Below are positions 10,397 to 18,119 of a stretch of DNA of 64,000 nt, piece by piece. The notes beneath the pieces were generated by a model. The model was not told the origin of the DNA. It worked only from the letters and a program-made list of their open reading frames with translations, and did not search any database. Positions within the stretch are counted from its first letter, which is position 1, and each line of letters begins with the position of its first letter. The stretch spans positions 32,001 through 96,000 of IMG/VR virus record IMGVR_UViG_3300026488_000011; one strand, 5' to 3'. Source of the DNA: a virus. Made by a program: the position numbers and the translations under genes.

Positions 10397-10738
10397 TTAG
10401 ATACTTGGTAATCTACTGCGATATGAGGAATATCTAAAATTCTTATTATTCAGCGTCTCGATAGCAGAAAACATAAATCTGTTAAACTTATCACATTTCT
10501 TAAATCTTAATAGATAAGGAAACTTATCCTTTATCTTTTTTCGTTCTTGCCTGGAATTAATATTACTCTCTACCTCATCCATAGCACTTAATTCTTCTTG
10601 GGTTAGATATTTCTTTAAAGATTCTCGTCCCCATACTTTAGCACGTGTTAGGACTCTAAGATTCTTATCCAGTAATCTAATTGTATAAATATCAGTATCA
10701 TTGTTTTTAGTAACTAGTTTAAAAGCTGTTTTAAACAT
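10397..10738 (-). CDS. hypothetical basic protein
   Basis: 113 aa with AAGGAGG RBS. Confidence 0.7.
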   Translation of the reverse strand: MFKTAFKLVTKNNDTDIYTIRLLDKNLRVLTRAKVWGRESLKKYLTQEELSAMDEVESNINSRQERKKIKDKFPYLLRFKKCDKFNRFMFSAIETLNNKNFRYSSYRSRLPSI

Positions 10739-11134
10739 TTATTCCTCCTTAAATCCATTTAAGATATAACAGATAGCTCTGGCTTGATTAATAGGCGTTA
10801 CACCAAACATATCTGTAATGGTTTTATCTTTTGCCTTTTCTTTTATTTCTTCTAGCAACTCTGGTTTCTCTTTAAAATACTCTACCCATAGTTCTACGTA
10901 TTCTTTAAATAACTCTTGTTCGGACTTATTATTTAGAGGGGGTTTGTCTTTAGCTTCTTTCCAGTGGCTAACTTTACCTCTATAACCTTTTATATCTAAC
11001 TGATAAATCTCTTCAATGGACCTACCGTGATATCTTGTTAGACGAGCATAAAGAGCTGAATATCGTTTATCCCCTTTACTACTGCATTCGTAATAGGGTT
11101 CTCCTCTCTTAACTCTCCTAGCCCATCTGTAAAT
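10739..11134 (-). CDS. NADAR-like (putative ADP-ribosylhydrolase) domain with no canonical start; reached by -1 frameshift from the DNA polymerase or by an ATT start
   Basis: Hand-translated 131-codon frame: IYRWARRVKRGEPYYECSSKGDKRYSALYARLTRYHGRSIEEIYQLDIKGY...YVELWVEYFKEKPELLEEI...ITDMFGVTPINQARAICYIL. It fills the gap between flanking genes exactly. Motif order parallels NADAR (FSNF / EH-x-x-Q-x-x-K / KF-x-x-x-P-x-L / D-x-x-WG / N-x-LG). Confidence 0.7.
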   Translation of the reverse strand: MYRWARRVKRGEPYYECSSKGDKRYSALYARLTRYHGRSIEEIYQLDIKGYRGKVSHWKEAKDKPPLNNKSEQELFKEYVELWVEYFKEKPELLEEIKEKAKDKTITDMFGVTPINQARAICYILNGFKEE

Positions 11135-13302
11135 TACTTTTTTTCTTCTACTCCATTGTCAATTAGATCTATAACTTTTAATCCAGGTTTAATGTAATAC
11201 CCTAATGAGTTTAGGATCATGTATAAGACATTACAGTTATCTTTTACAACTTTGTCTATATCTATTACTGACATAATCTCTTCTGGGAATCCTTTGTTAT
11301 ATAGGTTTACTAATGGAAACTTAAATGTCTTTATTTCTGACTTGTTGTATTTTTTAAGGAACTCTTCAAATCTCTGCTTAAGCTCATTGTCTTTTATAGA
11401 GTCCAAGAAGTTTTTCATATCTGTTTTATTATTAATAGTCGTAGGAATTTTAAGAGCCATATATGTAGGCTCAGGAGCATGACCGTACTTAGGTGCAAAC
11501 ACTTCTTCCCATAGCAAGTATTGTAGATATGGTGTTTTAGAAATATCTGGTTCTTTATACGCATTAGCTTCTTTAATTTTCTCTAACTTCAATACTTCCG
11601 GAGAACCTTCTTGTATTTTAGTAATTATATGTTTCTCCATGTCTGCTACTTTCTTCACATATTTACGTAGTGATATTTTCTTGTTACTACCTACCTCACT
11701 CATAATCTCCATCATCATTTCGTCTGCTAACTTCCTTACTGGTCCATACGCAAATGATGCAATAAGATGTACTCCTTTCTTTTCTAAATCAGGTTCTTTA
11801 AACACGTTACCTTCCTGTATTCTCACGTTAGCGTAATAGTGTTTAGATACATCTGTATTTACAAATACATCCCAGAAAAACTCATTCTTCATTTCTAAGT
11901 TTTTAGCAGCGTCATAATCTAAGTTCATATTGGCTCCTAGGAGCTTAATATAGTGGTCGATTGCCTGCGTCGTAAATGTCATAATTGCTGCCGTAATGGA
12001 TACCGCGTCTTTATTAAATACCATCTGACCATCATTATACCACTCTACCCAGTTTTGATATGTAGCACAGGTAGAATCCGTATCTGATAGCACGATTACT
12101 TCTCTTAGCATATCTTTTATATATGCGATCGAAATTGGAAACACTTTAGTAACAAAAAATGTTTTTATCAAGTCTTCTTTTTCCTGGAACGACTGCATTA
12201 GTCTGTTAGCGGTAGAAGCTAATATCTCTACCGTGTCATCGTCTAACGCGTCTTCTCCATCTAAGACATATTTTCTTCCTCTCATTAAGTCAGATTCTAC
12301 ATGTAGTAGTAAGTTAGTAATCCAGCTAGGTATCGATTTTAGATAGTCTCTAGGATTATCTACTTTGATCGGTTTATACTTAATTATATCGTCTAACCAA
12401 CCCTTCATGAATTCAGGATTTAACTCCCGTAATTGGAATAGATCATTTACGTATGCAATAGCTGCTAATTCGAATCCCGATAGTGATTTCAGAAATTTAT
12501 ATATCTCTCTTTCCTTTTCTGTATGCTTCCAGTACGGTCTTGTATTTTTCTTAATTACATTTTCCATCACATAGTCAGGTGTAGGAATAGTAAGTCTATA
12601 CTTCCTTATTATTTCTTCTATCTTATCTACGTCTACTGAGGCTAATATAGCGGTAAGATGATTTAATGTTACTTCAGGGTTTCTATAGTGTCTATTACCG
12701 GATATCATTGATTCAGAGATGGCATTTCCTATACCAGCTACACATCTGGTAATTGAAGTAAGCGTATAATGTGCTGATGGATTATATAACACCGTACCGG
12801 CACTAGCATAAGCTCCTGATAGAGAGTTGTTTTTAATCTTCATGGATTTTTGCAATGTATTGTGGTAATTATGTTTTTCTATATCTCCATCCATTTTGTA
12901 TTTAAAAGCTAGTTTTTTATGTTTAGATCTTAAAGCAATGTTATCGCTAATAAATTCTGCATGTAGAGATTTTTTCTTTTTAGGATTAAAGTAAACTGTA
13001 AATGATGGTACTATTATATCTCCTTGTTGTTTAACATAGTTGATATAACCGATTAGTGTAGTGATTTGATTATTTAGAATCTTACCATCCAATGTTCTTT
13101 CTCTAAACTTAACTCTAGGGTTTTTTATTTTACCTTGTTCTTTAAACTCTTGCAATTTCTTTTTTACTAGTTTTTTAGATTCTGGAAATGGTATATCTTT
13201 TTTCTTAGTTATATAAATAGCTGCTTGTTCTATGTAATCACTTATTGGATCCATATGTGGTTTATAATCTTCAGGTCTTAGCTTAAATATATCTGACATC
13301 AT
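11134..13302 (-). CDS. family-B DNA polymerase, catalytic subunit of the split phiKZ-type polymerase (gp82-like)
   Basis: Motif B-like MKIKNNSLSGA, motif C-like LSDTDST, then KHYYA and LEKKGVHL; 722 aa with no exonuclease domain. Confidence 0.9.
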   Translation of the reverse strand: MMSDIFKLRPEDYKPHMDPISDYIEQAAIYITKKKDIPFPESKKLVKKKLQEFKEQGKIKNPRVKFRERTLDGKILNNQITTLIGYINYVKQQGDIIVPSFTVYFNPKKKKSLHAEFISDNIALRSKHKKLAFKYKMDGDIEKHNYHNTLQKSMKIKNNSLSGAYASAGTVLYNPSAHYTLTSITRCVAGIGNAISESMISGNRHYRNPEVTLNHLTAILASVDVDKIEEIIRKYRLTIPTPDYVMENVIKKNTRPYWKHTEKEREIYKFLKSLSGFELAAIAYVNDLFQLRELNPEFMKGWLDDIIKYKPIKVDNPRDYLKSIPSWITNLLLHVESDLMRGRKYVLDGEDALDDDTVEILASTANRLMQSFQEKEDLIKTFFVTKVFPISIAYIKDMLREVIVLSDTDSTCATYQNWVEWYNDGQMVFNKDAVSITAAIMTFTTQAIDHYIKLLGANMNLDYDAAKNLEMKNEFFWDVFVNTDVSKHYYANVRIQEGNVFKEPDLEKKGVHLIASFAYGPVRKLADEMMMEIMSEVGSNKKISLRKYVKKVADMEKHIITKIQEGSPEVLKLEKIKEANAYKEPDISKTPYLQYLLWEEVFAPKYGHAPEPTYMALKIPTTINNKTDMKNFLDSIKDNELKQRFEEFLKKYNKSEIKTFKFPLVNLYNKGFPEEIMSVIDIDKVVKDNCNVLYMILNSLGYYIKPGLKVIDLIDNGVEEKK

Positions 13303-13440
13303 TTAGTCCTTTATAGGTTCTATGCATTCTATAAACCATTGGTGATATTTGATAACCAAACTTTTTTAATCGGATTAAAATCTGTTGATCTTTAAATAAG
13401 ATGTTAGGGAACATATCAAAATCTCTCTATAGATATAGAA

Positions 13441-13632
13441 GAGTGCGATCACTGTTCTTAGTAGGCCTGGACAACCTACGACCGTGTCATCTTAGCTATC
13501 GCTCTCGGTGATCCTGCCTCTCTGAGGTGGGGTCATCGAGGGTGGTAGTAGAGAAACCATTAGCTGGTGGGAATCACGGGGGAGCAGAGGGGGAGGTCTA
13601 TGTCCGGGTGGGGGCGGGTGTAGGGAAGGACA
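13441..13632 (+). ncRNA. putative structured non-coding RNA with G-quadruplex motif
   Basis: GC-rich intergenic island. A 14-bp hairpin at 13507-13537 has four G-U pairs that favour the + strand; stem 13441-13449/13498-13506; GGG-T-GGGGG-C-GGG-TGTA-GGG at 13606-13625 enclosed by a 5-bp stem. Confidence 0.55.
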
Positions 13633-13772
13633 ATACAATCCAATGTTTAACCGATTAGCAAAACTATTTGAACGAAGTGAGAATACTCTGTAAAGAGTAA
13701 ATAAGAAAAAGAAAAAATAAAGATAGAAATATTAGGAATAGAGAAGAAAGTACTAGAGCAGTGTAGATAAGG

Positions 13773-13798
13773 ATAGATAGGAACTATATCCTATCTAT
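13773..13798. terminator. terminator hairpin
   Basis: 10-bp stem ATAGATAGGA/TCCTATCTAT at the end of 13791-14078. Confidence 0.7.
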
Positions 13799-14078
13799 TT
13801 GACTTTATGTACTGTATGAGATCATCAAGTTCATAAACTGTTAAGTTAGATGTGAGAAATGATAAGAATGTTTCACTAAACATCCTATGTCTTTGTTCTA
13901 ATAGTTGTGGAATGTGATAGATTAACCTGTTTGACAGATCAGGGTTATCTGGATTATATATCTCTCTAAGGTATGAGGCTGAGGAAATGTTAATAAGTGT
14001 TGATTCTAATAGATGAGGTAGTAGATTATTATCAGACAGATATTTTACTAAGGTAAGTAAATCTTTATCCGTAAACAT
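13791..14078 (-). CDS. hypothetical protein
   Basis: 95 aa ORF with no clear RBS; overlapped by the 14048-14155 ORF. Confidence 0.55.
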   Translation of the reverse strand: MFTDKDLLTLVKYLSDNNLLPHLLESTLINISSASYLREIYNPDNPDLSNRLIYHIPQLLEQRHRMFSETFLSFLTSNLTVYELDDLIQYIKSNR

Positions 14079-14155
14079 ATTATCGATATTACTTTAGATG
14101 GTGTGTCAAGACGATCTAGTATGGCTGGGAATATGTTTATCATAATTTCTTTCAT
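14048..14155 (-). CDS. small hypothetical protein (35 aa)
   Basis: MKEIMINIFPAILDRLDTPSKVISIICLRIKIYLP with AAGGA RBS; below the ORF-track size cut-off. Confidence 0.35.
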   Translation of the reverse strand: MKEIMINIFPAILDRLDTPSKVISIICLRIKIYLP

Positions 14156-14166
14156 GTCGTGTTCCT

Positions 14167-14544
14167 TTACAGTGGTGATATTTTAGTATCATTAGTGAGT
14201 TGCTTTCTGATAAGGTTATTGAACTTTCTATAGTTTTTTCTTACCATGGTTTTAGCGTTACCTGGGACACCCTTCTTAAAATGTCCTATCGTGCAGTTTA
14301 CTGTAGGATAATGATCTTCAGGTATGTCTAGCTTTTTACCTTTAAATCGTTTATTCAGATCCCTTATAAAGCCGTCTAGGTAGTTCTTATCTAAGTCAGT
14401 GTACTTATAAAGATTTACAGAATGTCTTGAACCATCTGGTAATTCTAAAACCACGTATACTTTATCATCACCTTGTAAATATTGATCTGCGGTGGTGATG
14501 AAGTAGTCTGATCCGTATGAGAAAAATAGAATCTTTACTTTCAT
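14167..14544 (-). CDS. hypothetical early protein
   Basis: 125 aa with AAGGAG RBS and a CATATTAT box at 14582-14589. Confidence 0.75.
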   Translation of the reverse strand: MKVKILFFSYGSDYFITTADQYLQGDDKVYVVLELPDGSRHSVNLYKYTDLDKNYLDGFIRDLNKRFKGKKLDIPEDHYPTVNCTIGHFKKGVPGNAKTMVRKNYRKFNNLIRKQLTNDTKISPL

Positions 14545-14606
14545 GTCGTACTCCTTTTGTTAATTTTGATTCTTCTGTTTAATAATATGTAAACATATGG
14601 CATTAG

Positions 14607-14638
14607 ACATCACAGTAGGAAATATCCTACTGTGATGT
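14607..14638 (-). terminator. terminator hairpin
   Basis: 14-bp stem ACATCACAGTAGGA/TCCTACTGTGATGT overlapping the stop of the MazG-like gene. Confidence 0.75.
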
Positions 14639-15196
14639 TAAGTTTCGTTCTAATATTTCTCTTTCTTTCTTAAGATCTCTTTGTAAAGCATCTACTTGTG
14701 TAAATTTATTAGGATATCTGGCAGAGAGCTTTTCTATGTTAGAAATCATTAACAGTTCTATGCTATTATCATATGTGGCGTCTCTGATAAAGTAACATAA
14801 GTCTAATAGATCTTTCTTTAACGCATCTATGTCAAACTCTTTTCCGTAGAACAGAGTCTTTTTAGAGTTATCAAAACTGTTTACTAGTATTGTATCGAAT
14901 TCTATGGATTTTATTAGATCGGTATTAAATATTTCTTCTATTTCGTTTATAAAATTGTTATCGTTTAATTCATCAGCAATTATAGCTAGATACCATAACA
15001 TATCTCCTACTTCTTCCAGAGCATTTACATTATCGTTATTTTTAATAGCTTCTCTGAATTCATCTTTTTCTGTAATTATTCCTTGTATACCATGGAATAA
15101 TCTAGCTGTTAAGCCTCTTTCCTCTACTTCCTTTTTAAAAGGATTTAAACTGCTTTCAGTTCTTATTGCTAACGGAATATATTCCTTAAACTTCAT
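14627..15196 (-). CDS. mazG: MazG-like nucleoside triphosphate pyrophosphohydrolase
   Basis: G-I-x-T-E-x-x-E...EEVGDMLWYLA...NIEKLSARYP: all-alpha NTP-PPase motifs. Confidence 0.85.
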   Translation of the reverse strand: MKFKEYIPLAIRTESSLNPFKKEVEERGLTARLFHGIQGIITEKDEFREAIKNNDNVNALEEVGDMLWYLAIIADELNDNNFINEIEEIFNTDLIKSIEFDTILVNSFDNSKKTLFYGKEFDIDALKKDLLDLCYFIRDATYDNSIELLMISNIEKLSARYPNKFTQVDALQRDLKKEREILERNLTSQ

Positions 15197-15678
15197 TTTA
15201 CATCTCCTGATGTTAATTTCTCTACTAGTTGATTATATGTTCTAAATAGATAAATATCGCATGTATCTCTATCTCTGACTATATAAAAATGAGGTATAGT
15301 ACCGTAGTCATATATTTTATCTCTTATAGACAACGATCCTATCCATTTGACTTTACCTACAGATTCGTCGTATACCTCTTCTTTAGTATTCTTATTCTTC
15401 ATATGGTTATCTTTATCGAATTTAGGTAGGATCTGTATATGTATGTTATTACCAGCTAGAAGTTCTTTATCCTTAGGTTTAAATATAAATGGATAATCTA
15501 GTTTCTTATATAGATCATTATACAGTCCTCTTACCGTACTGTTTATACCATTTTCATCTATATAACTCTTAATCAATCTTTTTAACTCCACTACGTCGTA
15601 ATCTGAGAAGTTCTTTACATCTACTGTAAGTGTACTAGTCTCGTTTGTGATGTATGCTATAGGTATTTCAAATACCAT
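15193..15678 (-). CDS. hypothetical protein
   Basis: 161 aa with AAGGAG RBS; 4-nt overlap with the next gene. Confidence 0.75.
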   Translation of the reverse strand: MVFEIPIAYITNETSTLTVDVKNFSDYDVVELKRLIKSYIDENGINSTVRGLYNDLYKKLDYPFIFKPKDKELLAGNNIHIQILPKFDKDNHMKNKNTKEEVYDESVGKVKWIGSLSIRDKIYDYGTIPHFYIVRDRDTCDIYLFRTYNQLVEKLTSGDVK

Positions 15679-15731
15679 GGGTTACTCCTTTCTTTTTTGA
15701 TCTCATGGATATTGAAGACAATTAAAAAACA

Positions 15732-15757
15732 GTATAGGGTAAAAGTTTACCCTATAC
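15732..15757 (-). terminator. terminator hairpin
   Basis: 12-bp stem GTATAGGGTAAA/TTTACCCTATAC followed by a minus-strand T-run. Confidence 0.7.
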
Positions 15758-16711
15758 CTTGTGCAAGTTGTCTTCAATTACGTTTTCAATAGTCTTTATT
15801 ATTTCTTTGGTTTTGTAGAATGATTTTCTAGAATCTGCTATTTTTCTAATCATGCTCCTATTGTTTATACCTTCTGTTAAAACAGAATAGATAATTGCCA
15901 GGAGAGTAGGTTTATGCTCTACCATAGCTATTGATAGTTCTTTGCTGTTTACTGCTATGAACGATCTACTTAGTCCATTTATAACTAAGTCTTCAGTAAT
16001 TCCCTTAGCTCTTTTGTTATCATAAATAACTTTAATATTTTCTACTAGGTCGCTAATAGTTCTAGATGGTAATATTAGTCTCTCTTCTTTATATGCTCTT
16101 TCTAGAGAATCTTTAAGATATCTCAAATCGCCAGTAATTAATCTTCTTAACGTTAGGTTAGGTAACATGTTGATAATCGTATCAAAGTCAATTTCTCTCT
16201 CTATGTCCATTGCAACATAGTGTAACTGTGCTAACACATTTACAATATCGCCTAACTGTTTATCAAATACGGCAGTCATTATCGTAGTAGATATTACAGT
16301 ACTGAACAAATAATTAATAGGTTCGTTGATGCTTAACATAAACCCTGTATCGCCTTCTAAAAACATTTTATTTAGGATTAATCTATTTAGCTGTAATCTT
16401 CCGTTGTATCTATCCGCAAAGTAATCAGTCACATTGATCATATCTTCTAAGTTTTGTTTCATAAACATTCTGAGATCAATAGCTATGGTATCTCTATCCT
16501 TCACATCTTTAAAGATTAAAGGATGATGGAATGGAATTACTTCTTTTTCTATTTCATGTTTTCCAGTAATTAATACTACTTTGTATTTGTTTTCAATTAC
16601 CTCGTAATTTAGAGGTTCGCCTATTTTAATAATCAGCTCATTGAGCTCTGTCTTAATTTTATCTAGATTAGGTGTATATTCACCTAACGTTCCTTTATAT
16701 ACGTCTAACAC
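15752..16711 (-). CDS. hypothetical protein, probably conserved in phiKZ-like phages
   Basis: 319 aa with GTG start and AAGGAG RBS; the PFHHPL...IAIDLR motif looks familiar from phiKZ-like core genes but the function is unknown. Confidence 0.7.
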   Translation of the reverse strand: MLDVYKGTLGEYTPNLDKIKTELNELIIKIGEPLNYEVIENKYKVVLITGKHEIEKEVIPFHHPLIFKDVKDRDTIAIDLRMFMKQNLEDMINVTDYFADRYNGRLQLNRLILNKMFLEGDTGFMLSINEPINYLFSTVISTTIMTAVFDKQLGDIVNVLAQLHYVAMDIEREIDFDTIINMLPNLTLRRLITGDLRYLKDSLERAYKEERLILPSRTISDLVENIKVIYDNKRAKGITEDLVINGLSRSFIAVNSKELSIAMVEHKPTLLAIIYSVLTEGINNRSMIRKIADSRKSFYKTKEIIKTIENVIEDNLHKV

Positions 16712-16802
16712 TTTCTGCTCCTTAAATTTTAATTCAAAATAACGTTATTTAATATCTAGTTCTTTACTGAAAAAAAAAAATGAAACTATTAAGGAGTGTA
16801 AA

Positions 16803-17336
16803 ATGATATGGCAAAAATACTTAGCAGATATATACGGTATCAAAAATATACCTGATGGTCTTTTTGATCTAGAAATAGTAAATGAATCTGAACCGGTAAT
16901 GAACGTAAAAGATGAATTATCCAGACTAAATCCAGAGACTGTTAACGCTTACACATATTCTATAGTTAATAGAAGAAATGAAAACTCGTTATATATAACC
17001 GTGAAAACAAGATATGGTAAATCAGAAGAAATAATAGTCCATGGTGTTACTGAACCTGGAAAAGGTAATAAAACAGATATCCTGTACGAATTTAGATCTA
17101 AAAATAAGTTCACAGATGACGAATTAGCCAAATTAAAAGAAGCTCTAACATTCCTCAAATCTGTCATAGGCGATTCTGAGGCGTTATTTAATTCTAAACC
17201 ATTTATTAAACTAAAATCATGGTTTTTAGCAAACTTAGTCGGATTTGATATTATTGATTCCATTAACAACATAAATCGTATTGTAGCAGGCGTAACTGGT
17301 AAACCTATAAAGTATTGGTTAGAAAATGACTTATGA
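16803..17336 (+). CDS. hypothetical protein
   Basis: 177 aa with AAGGAG RBS. Confidence 0.75.
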   Translation: MIWQKYLADIYGIKNIPDGLFDLEIVNESEPVMNVKDELSRLNPETVNAYTYSIVNRRNENSLYITVKTRYGKSEEIIVHGVTEPGKGNKTDILYEFRSKNKFTDDELAKLKEALTFLKSVIGDSEALFNSKPFIKLKSWFLANLVGFDIIDSINNINRIVAGVTGKPIKYWLENDL

Positions 17337-17583
17337 AGTTTTAGATGTTAAACACGGGAACAAAAGAATTATTTACAGATTTAGCTTGCCTGCTAGGCTA
17401 GATTTAAAAACAGTTAATTTAGGTAGTTCAGATAAGGCTAGGAAGTTTGCTATCGATACTTATAACAATGTTATTGATGAATTAGGTATTAATCCACAGG
17501 ATCACTTAGTAGCTTTAAAATCGATGAAGAAAATAATAGCTACTAGGATAAAAGAAAAAATAAAATCATATACTCCATCATGA
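17326..17583 (+). CDS. hypothetical protein
   Basis: 85 aa overlapping the upstream gene; ends in a terminator hairpin. Confidence 0.65.
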   Translation: MTYEVLDVKHGNKRIIYRFSLPARLDLKTVNLGSSDKARKFAIDTYNNVIDELGINPQDHLVALKSMKKIIATRIKEKIKSYTPS

Positions 17584-17606
17584 CAGGTTAATTCCTGTCA
17601 TGATGG
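17575..17606. terminator. bidirectional terminator hairpin
   Basis: 13-bp stem CCATCATGACAGG/CCTGTCATGATGG between convergent genes. Confidence 0.8.
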
Positions 17607-18053
17607 TTATAAAGATTTCTCTCTTAATACAAGTGGTAACTCGAATATTTCTACTAATTTTTTATCTAGGATTTCATCTGCTTCTTTTATCTTATCTATT
17701 TCTATATGTGTTAATGCCGGTACTTCACCTATTTCTTCTGCTATCATATCTCTTACAATTTTCATATATGTTTCCAGGTGCTTTAGTTTAAATTCAGGCA
17801 GTTCAAAATCGCGAAACACTATCATAACTTTTTCATGTTCCGGTAATGTTTCAGATAAGGACTGAATTTCTTTTATTACTCCTAATGGAAAAACCACTTT
17901 AAGATTGTCAGTGTTGATACTTATTGCAGCTCTAGATTGCGTATCTAACGTTAATACACTGTCCAACTTAAACAACATATTAACTGTCTTGTCTATAGCT
18001 CTTACTGCTGTCATTGGTTTATCTATAGATACTAAGAGTACTGGGTATTTCAT
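17607..18053 (-). CDS. hypothetical protein downstream of chimallin
   Basis: 148 aa with AAGGAG RBS. Confidence 0.75.
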   Translation of the reverse strand: MKYPVLLVSIDKPMTAVRAIDKTVNMLFKLDSVLTLDTQSRAAISINTDNLKVVFPLGVIKEIQSLSETLPEHEKVMIVFRDFELPEFKLKHLETYMKIVRDMIAEEIGEVPALTHIEIDKIKEADEILDKKLVEIFELPLVLREKSL

Positions 18054-18092
18054 GTTTTCTCCTTTTTTTGTTTAGTAAAAAAGAAATAGGAA

Positions 18093-18119
18093 CGGAATAC
18101 GGATTAAGATCCGTATCCG
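18093..18119 (-). terminator. chimallin terminator hairpin
   Basis: ATACGGAT/ATCCGTAT stem overlapping the chimallin stop codon. Confidence 0.55.

Noticed and set aside
11140-11156. Stop-codon recoding (TAG read-through from ATG GAG TAG) as the start of the NADAR-like ORF
   Set aside because: That ATG is in a different frame from the ORF, and TAG is a true stop in several core genes (terL, 4134-6980, 33525-35339), so genetic code 11 applies.
13284-13414. 43-codon minus-strand ORF overlapping the polymerase start
   Set aside because: No RBS; it overlaps the polymerase RBS region; length is compatible with chance.
13643-13693. 16-aa ORF MFNRLAKLFERSENTL after the G4 element; tmRNA tag idea
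   Set aside because: AAGGA is 12 nt upstream, and there is no tRNA-like domain or ALAA-type tag; cannot be supported.
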